From Elsinoe ampelina (Eukaryota), in assembly GCA_010093995.1 (NCBI GenBank), contig ML992522.1, positions 62,001-117,773 of the forward strand: a DNA stretch of 55,773 nucleotides, given 5' to 3'. The notes under the pieces were generated by a model. It was not told the origin of the DNA, made no database searches, and worked only from the letters and a program-made list of their open reading frames with translations. Shown piece after piece: positions 45,898 through 55,773 of this stretch; positions within the stretch are counted from its first letter, which is position 1; each line of letters starts with the position of its first letter. Both the position numbers and the translations under genes were made by a program.

Positions 45898-47295
45898 ATG
45901 TCGAGCTCGAAACGGGAAAGGCAGGAGGCCACAAGTGAGGATGGGCGAAGGACGAAGCTGAGGAAAATGGAGCATGGATCCAACGGACACAGCTCGGAGA
46001 AAGGAAGCAATGCCAACAGGAATAGACCATCGGGAGCTATCGATGCACTTGACAAGCTGGTATCGAATCCACTGACTCTGAAGATCCTGGATATCGGGGA
46101 GCTGAATAGTATCCGCGAGCTGAGGGCTAGAGCAGCATCTGGCGCATACGATGCAGGACCTGCTACAGTTGCGACAAGCACTCAAACGCCATTGTACCCG
46201 GCATTCGATGCGTCAGATATCGGAGATCTCTCCAGTCCCTTTCCTAGCTTACCAGAAGTCAAGTCTGGGCTGTACTCTTCCGCCCCCTTCATCCATACTT
46301 CTGTCATTCGGGTAGACAGCGTATCCGGCAAAGCGTACACCAACAATGGTATACCCATTGAGTCGTATCAACAGGGTGCAGAGCGCAATTATGAGCGACT
46401 TGAGTTTCTTGGAGACGCCTACATAGAATTGATGGCATCCTCACTCATCTTCTCTCGATACCCGCATCTCACTGCTGGCCGACAGTCACAACTAAGGGAG
46501 ACTTTAGTGAACAACACTACCCTCATGCGCTTCTCCCTTCATTACGGGTTCGATCGTAAGCTCGAAGAGCACGGTCTCGATACCGCGCAGTTCAACACAA
46601 GCAAACATCCAGCCAAAGGTAACAAAGGCCTGAACAAGATTCTGGCCGACTGTTTCGAAGCCTACATTGCAGCTCTCGTCCTCTCCGACCCCACCAATGG
46701 CTACACCACGGCCCAAAATTGGCTCTGGACACTATGGAACCCTCTCCTGATTCAAGAAACGGGCGAAGGCGATCTGTCCCGCCTCCAGCAGTGGAAGCAC
46801 CAATGGGACCTCCTCGCTCCCGATGTCGCCCCCGCCGCCCTTGCCCATACTATCCACCATAAGCCCACTCCACGCCCCTCCCAGCGACCTTCCAAGCCCA
46901 CATCAACCATCGTCTCACAAGAAGACCCCACCTCCCTCCTCGCCACCATGCGCCAAAATCAATCCTCCACCAACCCCTACAACGCCAACGCCAAAGCCCT
47001 CCTCCAGAAACGTATCGCGCCGGGCCACATCCGGCTCGTGTACCGGGACTACAAAGCGCCGGTAAAGCTGAAGAAGACGCAGATTTTCTATCAGGAAGTG
47101 GCGCTCACGGGGTGGGGGTATGAGAATCTGGTGTTGGGGAAGGGGGAGGGGGAGAGCAAAGCGGAAGCCGGGAATAGGGCCGCTACGGATGCGATGAGGA
47201 GGAATGAGAGCGTGGTCAGGGAATGTGAGGAGAAGGTGGAGGTGGAGAGGGAGAGGAGGAGGAGGGAGAAGGAGGAGGCGGAGGGTGGGTCGTGA
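45898..47295 (+). CDS. Ribonuclease III (single RNase III domain plus dsRBD-like C-terminus; Rnt1/Pac1-like)
   Basis: Signature NYERLEFLGDAYIE, second acidic cluster KILADCFEAYIAAL, C-terminal NAKALLQ...GKGEGESKAEAGNRAA. First ATG at 45898. Confidence 0.87.
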   Translation: MSSSKRERQEATSEDGRRTKLRKMEHGSNGHSSEKGSNANRNRPSGAIDALDKLVSNPLTLKILDIGELNSIRELRARAASGAYDAGPATVATSTQTPLYPAFDASDIGDLSSPFPSLPEVKSGLYSSAPFIHTSVIRVDSVSGKAYTNNGIPIESYQQGAERNYERLEFLGDAYIELMASSLIFSRYPHLTAGRQSQLRETLVNNTTLMRFSLHYGFDRKLEEHGLDTAQFNTSKHPAKGNKGLNKILADCFEAYIAALVLSDPTNGYTTAQNWLWTLWNPLLIQETGEGDLSRLQQWKHQWDLLAPDVAPAALAHTIHHKPTPRPSQRPSKPTSTIVSQEDPTSLLATMRQNQSSTNPYNANAKALLQKRIAPGHIRLVYRDYKAPVKLKKTQIFYQEVALTGWGYENLVLGKGEGESKAEAGNRAATDAMRRNESVVRECEEKVEVERERRRREKEEAEGGS

Positions 47296-47546
47296 TGGCT
47301 GCTACTTGGATGGTGAATGGTTTCTGCGGGATGAGGGAAGGCTTAGAAGAGGGTTGCATCAGTCCACAAAAGTATATTGCGCAATTCCCTGGATCAAGAC
47401 GATCAAAGTTACATTACACAATACCAAAACCGCTAGAACTGCTTGTTCTGCTTATCAACATCCCCACCCTTTCCAGACATCCGTCTCGTGTTCTTCACTA
47501 TCCAAGCACTTCCGTCCATCATACGACCAATAAACCCCATGCCCAC

Positions 47547-50500
47547 TTACACAACCATACCCAACCCAACCACCACTGCCCAAACCATCCACCCCAAACC
47601 CACCATCCCCTTCGCAGCCCCACCTTCGCTAGACCCCCCACCTGTCCCTCCCCCCTGCCCTCCCTGCCCTCCAGCACCACTCCCCAGCCCCTCTCCCGCC
47701 ACATCCCCCGGCACCCCCTCAACAGTCGTAGTACTCACCTCCTGCACGCTGACCCCCACCCGCCTGCCCCCGACCGTGATCGTGCCCCCCCTCGCCTCCT
47801 CCAACGCACCCCCCCCCTCGACCCCATACAAACTCCACTCCCCGACCGTGGGCCCCTCTTCGCCTTCAGCCTGACACCCTTCCACGGTCAGACTGACATA
47901 ATCACCACTCCACACCGCCTGGGGGAAGGAGAAGAAACTCTGGTTCCCCACGTAGGGCTGAATGATGGCCACCGTGGCGGGGTCGTAGGGTTCGGAGACG
48001 GTGATGTTGAGTGTTGCGCTCGTGATGGGGACACTATCCGTGGTGGTGGGGGAGGTGGCGTTGAAGATGCTGATTCGTGCGGCGAGGGGGGGACGGGCGC
48101 CCCAGTCGAAGGAGACGCCGAGGAGGGGTTGGTAGGGACCGCGGGAGGAGAGGGAGACGGTCATGGTGGAGGCGTTTTGGGTGGTGGGTTGCCAGCGGGT
48201 GGAGGAGGAGCCGTCGATTGCGGCGAGGGGGTACTGGCCTGGCAGGGTTGTGGTCGTGGTGCTGGCCGGGAGGCATTGGAGGATGTTGCCTGCTGAGGTG
48301 GTGTTGAGGGAGTATTGCCTGTTGGGGAGGGTGAGGGTGTCGCCGAGGGAGATGGTGAGGTTGGTACCGGTGGAGAGGGAGAAGCCGAGGGTGAACAGCA
48401 TGGGTTGGTTGGCGTAGCGGTCAGTGCTGTTGGTGGGGAGGTAACGTGAAGCGTCAACCCGGGTGATGTTGGTGTGGGTGGCGTTCATGGTGGCTTTGAG
48501 ACCGGCACCGCCAAAGATGATGGTGCGGAGGGAGACGTAGTCGATTTGAGGCGGTAGAGCAGGGTTGAGAATGAGTTGCTCTTCGACTCCGCGGGCGCCG
48601 AGCCAGCCCATGGGTCCGACTTGGTGCCATCCACCGTGACCGGTCATGAAGGGAAAGGCAGGGTTTGTGCCTCCGTTGGTGTCAAAATCGTCGACCTGCT
48701 GCTCGGAGAATTGATACCATGGAGCTCGAGTGTACGGCTGGAAGCCGGCAAGAGCGTACGTGTATGCGGCACACCCACTTGGTGAAAGAGCATTGGCTGA
48801 GATGGAGTACAGGGAGTAGGTCATGGCGGGTCCGTCCGGTGACTGAAGATTCGTGTACTATTCAGTGTCAGTAATACAGGCATGGCAAGTAATGTATGGG
48901 TACTCACGTAATTCAACGAGGTTAGCTTATCCTCCTCGGTGTAATTCTCAGAAGAATAGTCGAAGGGGTAATTGATCAAATCCACAGCGTTCTGCTTGAT
49001 GACTGCTGTGTTATTTGCTCCACGATATTCTGACAAAACACCAGACTCTGCAAATGGAAGTGCTGGATTGCTAGCGATGTCTGAATAGTTTGTCGGGTAT
49101 GAGAGATTGAACTGGTCCGAGTAACCCTCTGCGAATTCAATGATCTTAGCAATGGACGCAAGGGTGAAGGCGCCATCTGGGACTTGGTTGGCGTATTCGT
49201 CAGGATCAGTCAGATTTCGGATAGAGAATCCTTGTACCGTCTCGTTGTAGTAGACCAATTGTGCAAAAGCTTGCAAGATGCCGTCGTTGATCGGGACTGC
49301 TTGATCTCTGAACCACTGATCATCACCAGTGATTCTCCAGTACAGCAAATTGTTGAGAAAGATGTCGCTGTTGAGATGATACTGGTAGTCCGCACACGGG
49401 CCGGTGCCAGTGCAATTACCAAATCTACCACTTGTCCATGGGTAGAGGATGGATCCTTCAGAGTAGCCATACTGCTCGGCATTCCTGCCGGCCTGTTCAG
49501 ATAGCTGGACTCGATAGTTTGGTATCTGAAACGCATACTGCGGATGTGAGATGGACAGCCCTGGGGCCATGAAGATATCAGCGTCCCAGAATACCAGTCC
49601 AGCATACGAGTCAGATCCAAGGCCTCCAACACTAATAGACCACTTGGCGAGATCGGAGAGATTCGATGGCAGAGTATTCTGGAGGAGATAGTGGGCGTTC
49701 GCTTTGGAGATGATGTGCATGTTCAACACATTGTCGTCTTCTGGAAGAGAGCCATCTGGCAGAGCGTAATCATCGATCAAGTCATCATCCATTAGCTCTT
49801 CCCACGCTGCAGAACTGCTTTGGAACAGAGCATCGAAGGTGGAATTAGCAGCTTCGAGCGATGCACTTCTGGCGACTTCTTGAGGATCTTCGAAGCCGTC
49901 TGATGAAGCAATACCAACGTACTTTGTGACAACGACTGGTGTGTTCGCTGTCAGAGATAGTGGAAATGACTGACGCCAGGTTGACTCATTGACATATCTG
50001 ATATTGGACGTGTCTTCTCTTTGACCAAGACCATCGCCCTCGAGTGTGGAGTAGATCCAGGCAGTGATGTCACCAAGCCAATTTGGAGACACGGACGTGA
50101 AGATGGTGTTGCTGTCATTCAGCTCACCTCTTTGACCTCCATTGGATCGGACAGCACCACGACCATCTAGATTATCGATGACAGTCGCATTGAGGTCGGA
50201 AGCAGATGAAGCTGTAAGTCTGATGACGGCAAGATTTGGGTTTGACCTGTCCACAAACATGTCATAGTTGATGCTGACATTAACACCATTGGCAGGAGCC
50301 CAGCTGTACGACCATGTCTGCAGACCATTCTTCAGCGATCTGGTGGACGAGAAATTGGAGACGGTGGCAGCGTCCACGGTAGCATCCAGGACTGCGTCTC
50401 CGATCTGCAAGTGAAGGTTTGGCCAATTCGGGATACCAGCGATGACACTCTCGCCACCGTTCAGGAGATTCTCAGGGAAATTTGTGCGAGTAGTGTTTGC

Positions 50501-50895
50501 TTGAGAGTTGAAGAAGCCGGCGACGGTACAGAAGGTCTGTCGAGGATTGTCCAGAGGCCAGCCATTGATTGGTAGATTACCACCATCTGGCTGTGTAAGG
50601 TTGACGTCGGCCTCGAAGAACGGTCCAGCAGCAGCGAGACCGCATCCGATGTACCTTTCCAAGTCAACAATGTTCACATGCAGGGGTTGTATCGATTGAT
50701 TGCTTACCCGTTCCCGATTGGTGCCCTGGACTGATATTGACCCTGGATGAGCCGATTCGTCGAGAGGATCCAGTTGTCGTTGTCCCACGTTGTGTATTCT
50801 GAGGTTATGCTAAAGTCATCCTGTGCCGTGCTGGATCCGACAAATAGCGACAGACCCAGCAGGGAAGTAGCGGCGAGCCGCAAAGATGCCATCAT
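47547..50895 (-). CDS. ATH1: Acid trehalase, glycoside hydrolase family 65
   Basis: Signal peptide; introns 50655-50707 and 48858-48907; motifs YQSRAPIGNGYIG, GGLGSDSYAGLVFWDAD, YPWTSGRFGNCTGTGPCADYQYHLN, TDPDEYAN, DGPAMTYS, PAFPFMTGHGG, AIDGSSSTRWQP. Confidence 0.92.
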
Positions 50896-51496
50896 CAAAG
50901 TGTTTCTTACACTCAATCTGTACATCAAGATGTTCACTGTTCGTGATACCAATTCCAATAGCGATTAAAGACTAATACCCCTCTTCGCCTACCGTCGGGA
51001 TACACAGGCCAGGCAGAGGTCGACTCACAACCAGGCACGTGGCCGGGTCCAACCTATGACTTATACCGGGCATCTGATCCAATGAGTCCAACCAGGCCGG
51101 CCAGCAAAGTTGAAGCAAAAAGAGGGGATGACGTCCGCGGCGTCTGATGGAGGAAGCGGGACGAGCCCAAAGGGCCCAACCGCTGCGGGCCCCCGCGAAA
51201 TGACCACTGTGGCCTGCATTTTGACTCGGAAAGTAGCCATTTGAGGGAATATCAGTGGAACCTTGCCTGGCGGACCGAGTATTGCTGACGATTGTTTGCG
51301 TCTTGGCCCAGTTCCCGCTCGCTTGTTCATCTTCAAGCAGCAAGTCCGGTGTCGCTCATTGCTTGTCACTATTCCGTGCCGTTGGACCAAGCTTGAGCTG
51401 CAATTATTACCCCACCATCCTGCATCGACGTTTCTCTAGAGCCTCATCGATCATCAACCAAGCAACCTTTCTCTGAATCAATCTCCATTCCAAGCC

Positions 51497-52438
51497 ATGG
51501 CAACAACCACTACCACCACTGTCAAGCCCAATCCGTCAGAACCCCGACCCTCCCCTCTCCGCCACGCCCTCGAAACCAAAGGCTACGTCCTCCTCCCCTC
51601 CATCCTCACCCCCACCGAACTCTCCACCCTCCGCACCGCCGCCGCCTCCGCCACCACCCTCGCCCGCACCTCACAATGGCCCCACATCCGGACCCTCCCC
51701 AAACAATTCCCCCCATGGCCCAGCACCCCGGGCCCAGACGGCATCTGGGGCGTACAACACCTGCTCCACCCCTCCCTCCCCTCCTCCCCGACCTTCGCAG
51801 CAAGCTACTTCCACCCCCTCATCCTCTCCGCAGCATGCGAGATCCTCTCCTCGACCCCCTCGGCCTCCCAACTCGTCATGGAGCTGTACAACCTCCTCGT
51901 GACGCCCGACCACGACTTCAGCCTACGATGGCACAGAGACGACATCCCGCCGACCGCCACACCTGCAGAAGAAGAAGAACGACTCAGCAAACCCATCCTT
52001 CACGCGCAGTGGAATCTCGCGCTGTACGACGACGAAAGCCTGCTCGTTGTTCCGGGGAGTCAGAAGCGTGCCAGGACGCAGGCGGAGAGGGACGCCGGGC
52101 CGTACGAGGAGGACATCGAGGGCATGGTGGGCGTGAGCGTGAGGGCGGGGGATGTGGTGTTTTATGATAATAATATCCTGCATACCGGACGGTATAAGAC
52201 GGGCAGGGAGAGGGCGACGTTGCATGGGAGTATTGGACTCAGAGGGGGGGATCGGGATCGGGCGAGGAATGTGCTGCAGCATGGGGTTGGGAGGTGGGTG
52301 GGGGAATGTGATTTTTCGGGATTGGAGGGGGAGTGGGAGGGGAGGAAGATGGGGGAGGTGGCGGAGGGGATGAGGAGGGGGTTGGTGGAGATGGGGACCG
52401 GGGAGGGGGTGGGGTGGAGTCAAGGTGGGGAGGAGTGA
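51497..52438 (+). CDS. Phytanoyl-CoA dioxygenase (PhyH)-like Fe(II)/2-oxoglutarate dioxygenase
   Basis: GYVLLPSIL start, IWGVQHLLHP, MELYNLL, HxD motif (WHRDD), WNLALYDD..VVPGS, AGDVVFYDNNILHTG..RATLH. Confidence 0.85.
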   Translation: MATTTTTTVKPNPSEPRPSPLRHALETKGYVLLPSILTPTELSTLRTAAASATTLARTSQWPHIRTLPKQFPPWPSTPGPDGIWGVQHLLHPSLPSSPTFAASYFHPLILSAACEILSSTPSASQLVMELYNLLVTPDHDFSLRWHRDDIPPTATPAEEEERLSKPILHAQWNLALYDDESLLVVPGSQKRARTQAERDAGPYEEDIEGMVGVSVRAGDVVFYDNNILHTGRYKTGRERATLHGSIGLRGGDRDRARNVLQHGVGRWVGECDFSGLEGEWEGRKMGEVAEGMRRGLVEMGTGEGVGWSQGGEE

Positions 52439-53022
52439 TGTTTGGCATGGGAGGGAGGATGGTTGCATAGCGTGGGATGGGATGCGAAGGAAACACGGTC
52501 AAGTGAAATGACAAGTGAGTCAATGGTAATATTCCTCGTTGCATTTGCAATCTATTTCCTCTACTTCAACCAAGACGGCGACGTGCATGACGCAGGAACA
52601 ACAGCCTGGTGAAAGGCAGGTACGCTCCGCATCCGCTCGTCAAGCCAGTCGATATTCAAAAAAGAGAAGACGGCATCTCGTGTGCAATTGTCCTTGGAGG
52701 TGGCCTCGTGTCTCTTTGGCCGGGTATCATTAGGTGTTTGCGCTGTGGTCCGCATTGAGGGTGACGTGTACTCTGTACTCCGGATGATGCGTGTATTAAA
52801 CTCCAGAAGGGGCCGACCCGTGCAGGTAGGAAAAGGTGGAATGAGGTTACTTGGGTTGCTATTCTAGTGCTGGGGTTGAGCGTCGGGGTAAGTGTACAGA
52901 TGGGACGCTGGGGTGTGGTGGTCGTTATTCGTTACTGCGTGATGGGTTGGTGATACAGGTTGGTCGTGGCGGCGTGGTTGAAGGTGAAGGTGAGTGATGA
53001 GAAGAGATGGTCCAGATACGCA

Positions 53023-53379
53023 TCAGTTGGATGATGAGTCGTCATTGCATGAAGCTGACGACCTGCTGAGGCGATCAAAGTCCGGGAAAGAGATGTAACC
53101 GCACTGTGACGGGTCGGAGCCGCGACGACTGAGAGTCTCCCACTCAATCTTCTCCTCGTGAAAGGATGGAGCAGTAGGTGAAGAGATCTCTGGCTGGACG
53201 ACAGGCTGTCGCGTCGCAACGGCGACCATGCGAGCGAGAAGTGAGCTGGCAGTCATTGAAACCGAGCTGGGCTGCGCGCGACAGGGATCCGAGTTGCGAC
53301 GGTCGAGAGAAGGAGGTGATGGCGAAGGTGGAGTGACTGGAGTCGGTCTGAACATGGCGAACATGTCAAAACCGAACAT
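53023..53379 (-). CDS. Small hypothetical S/P-rich protein
   Basis: 118 aa from the ATG at 53379, with a compact motif-like block RRGSDPSQCGYISFPDFD. It is preceded by a CT-rich leader-like region. No family recognised. Confidence 0.55.
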   Translation of the reverse strand: MFGFDMFAMFRPTPVTPPSPSPPSLDRRNSDPCRAQPSSVSMTASSLLARMVAVATRQPVVQPEISSPTAPSFHEEKIEWETLSRRGSDPSQCGYISFPDFDRLSRSSASCNDDSSSN

Positions 53380-54838
53380 CAAAAGTGGTGGTGGTTCGAT
53401 ATGGCGCAGTCCGGTGAATTGGAGCTGTCCTTCGGATAAAGTTCACAATGGTGGACACGCGACGGGCGTCGTCCTTGATAGTGTCGGTCGAAATGGGATC
53501 AACTGACGTCTTTGATGGTTTGATTTAGTTGTTGTTGAATGTCAGCAGGCATAGAGTCTGGTTGAATGTGGTTGACTGAAAGAGTGAGTGCTGATCTGAC
53601 TGGAGGGAGAGATGCGTTGGACGTGTAGGGACGAAGAAAGGGCTGCGGAAAGACAGGCGGTTGGGCTGAAGGGTACATATAACAAGGTACCAGGTCCCGC
53701 AGCCAGTCGAGTTTAGCAAGGTCCTGAAGGATCGAGCTACGCGAACAAGGGGTCGACGAAATTCTTTTGTGCGGCAGCTCTGGACAGAATCGCGTACACA
53801 CCGTCCCGTGCTGTTGCTGGCACGCACTGGCACGCATTGGCACCAGTCACGATGACGCCGGGGAAGAGAAGGAGACCCAATACCGGCTCATCCGTGCGCC
53901 ACACGAAATCAAGAAAATCGTAACAGATCCGGCTCCACTTTGCGAACGGAAGAGCCCTGCCAAACTTCCATGCGTCGCGCTAAGGGTTGGGTCTTGAGAG
54001 GAGAAATGGGGCTCGCATGGATCATTTCGTTACCGCTTGCTGATGTCCGAACGTGTTCGTCTCACAGGGAGTCGGTTTGTGTAACCAACACGTCAGGTCA
54101 ACCATACGCTGTAGACAAATCCAGGTCATGCTTGCAGCCTCAAACAGGTCGACTGCCATCGGAGAACCAACAGATCGAGCAGTGTGTCTCTGCCAGCGAA
54201 CAGCGCTTCAGGCATCAACCACTTTCGGGTCAGAAGACACAAGCCGGGACAACGAGTCAGAGGCTGCTTTCAGGCTGTCGCAGGCACATGGCAATCGACA
54301 GCCAATCCGGCGCAGCGGGTCGAAGTGGCCGTCAATCGCTGCCGTCGATCGCGAGGTACAGAAGAAGACTGCAACACTGCGCGCAGTATTCTTCCGACCA
54401 GTCACTCGAGGCGCTGCGCAGGGCTTCTAGCGTCCACGGGTGTATCCTCTGTCGCAGCCTCGGGGAAGCAAGATAGCTGGTCTCGTAATAGCTCGTGTGA
54501 TAATGGCGAGTCAAGCCTGTTTCTCATAATTTACCGCCTTTTATTACAAGGACTCACCGCAGCTAATTTCACGATCTGGCCATGTCCGACGACTCGACAT
54601 GTTGGCGGTGAGCAGACATGATTTATAGCTCCGGCGAAATAATGACGATGCACACATTGTGTCGCTTGACCCCTTTGTGAAGGTGGATCGGAGATTGGGA
54701 TAGGTCCAACTCACTTTCCCTCCTTTCGCCGTGGTGAATTTGACTGCCGTGCGTGCCTCCTCGGCAGAAATCGTACAGTATGTTCTTGTGAGGTAAAATC
54801 CCATCTCGACCCCTCTCACCGGCATCGAGCTGAGCTTA

Positions 54839-54860
54839 GGAGCAGGGAGCAGGGAGCAGG
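54839..54860. repeat. (GGAGCAG)3 heptamer repeat
   Basis: Read directly from the sequence. Confidence 0.85.
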
Positions 54861-55773
54861 TTTCTCAAAGAAGACCGACTATGACCGAACTATTGCTTCT
54901 TGAACCTTGTATAGCTTCCGTCTGTACCCCCTACAATACCAACGACCAGTGAAGCTCTCCTCCTTGCGTCCTTGGTCCAGGCGGGGAACCTCCATCTCCA
55001 TCTCCACCTTTTTTGCTCCTGTCAGAACGGAACATTTGCGTCGGCCCGCACCTCGCTGACCAGACGATCCTCCAGGGAGTCCAGGCACGATCATCGCGAT
55101 GCTGCTTGCTGCCATCCTTTTTCTGCTTCACCTGGACAGCCATGTTGTACAAGGCCCACAACCATGCCGTCGGCCCTGACAGAACCTCTGCAGATGTGCT
55201 GCAAACACTGCCAATCTGTACGACAAACAACACCCCTGTCGGCGCACCTTTCTATTTCTGAATTTGACCAAAAGTCTGCACGACCAATGCACGCGAAACG
55301 CCTTTGCATCGCAGGAGACAGCCACATCGACCCGACGACCTGGGTTCTTTTTCCCCCCCTCCTCTTCCCCCCAACGGTCCTCCTGTTCCTTCCAACGTCA
55401 TGATTTTTAACATGTTACCCCAAGCGTCGCGTCCGTGTCGCGTCCGTCTTCTACTGCGGGTGAACGAGAGGGTGCGAGGCTGCAGTGGCAGAAAGTGTCT
55501 CAGCCAACACATGAAAACTGGTCAGGAGCTGGTAGGCTGTCCGGATGATGGACTTCCTCGGTTGACTTGAATTTCGAGATCTCTCAGATCTCTGATGGAT
55601 TTGACACCCTCTGCTTTGGGCGATCTCGATTTTGTGGCGAGTGACCTTGCCTCGGTCGTCGACTTTCGCGCCACACTATGTTGACTTGTGTGTGGGGAGG
55701 GAAAGAGATTTATTACTGCCTGATCCACCCAAATTAGGTGGATTGTAACTACATATATACTCAACCTGATGAA

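Noticed and set aside
47292..48296. 334-codon + strand ORF (similar shadows at 3432-4136, 35834-36637, 44523-45485)
   Set aside because: Antisense or alternate-frame shadows of well-supported genes in C/G-skewed sequence.

Overview
Gene-dense chromosomal segment of a filamentous ascomycete (Pezizomycotina-type: short GT..AG introns with CTRAC branch points). About 19 protein-coding genes are supported: a Zn2Cys6 transcription factor (5'-truncated by the window), an SLP1-type mid-SUN protein, a HAL4/SAT4-type kinase, a hybrid histidine kinase, a Wor1/Ryp1/Sge1-type WOPR regulator, cardiolipin synthase, histone H2A.Z, prephenate dehydratase, eRF1, an AVT1-type transporter, a CorA Mg2+ transporter, SPC1, RBX1, an Edc1/PNRC-motif protein, LIN1/CD2BP2, an RNase III, a GH65 acid trehalase, a PhyH-type dioxygenase and one small hypothetical protein. 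I found no transposon, rRNA, tRNA or CRISPR array. The most notable signals are: (1) eRF1 ends in a leaky-looking UGA-CAA stop, followed by an in-frame extension that crosses a 3'UTR intron, the layout of a readthrough/NMD autoregulatory loop; (2) about 1.5 kb with no ATG directly upstream of the WOPR regulator, inside an 8.7 kb region with no recognisable gene; (3) a recurrent sharp switch from C-rich to G-rich sequence a few hundred bases before many stop codons; (4) an apparent GPI-anchor tail on the acid trehalase. All exon boundaries were read by eye and family calls rest on recalled motifs; no searches were run.
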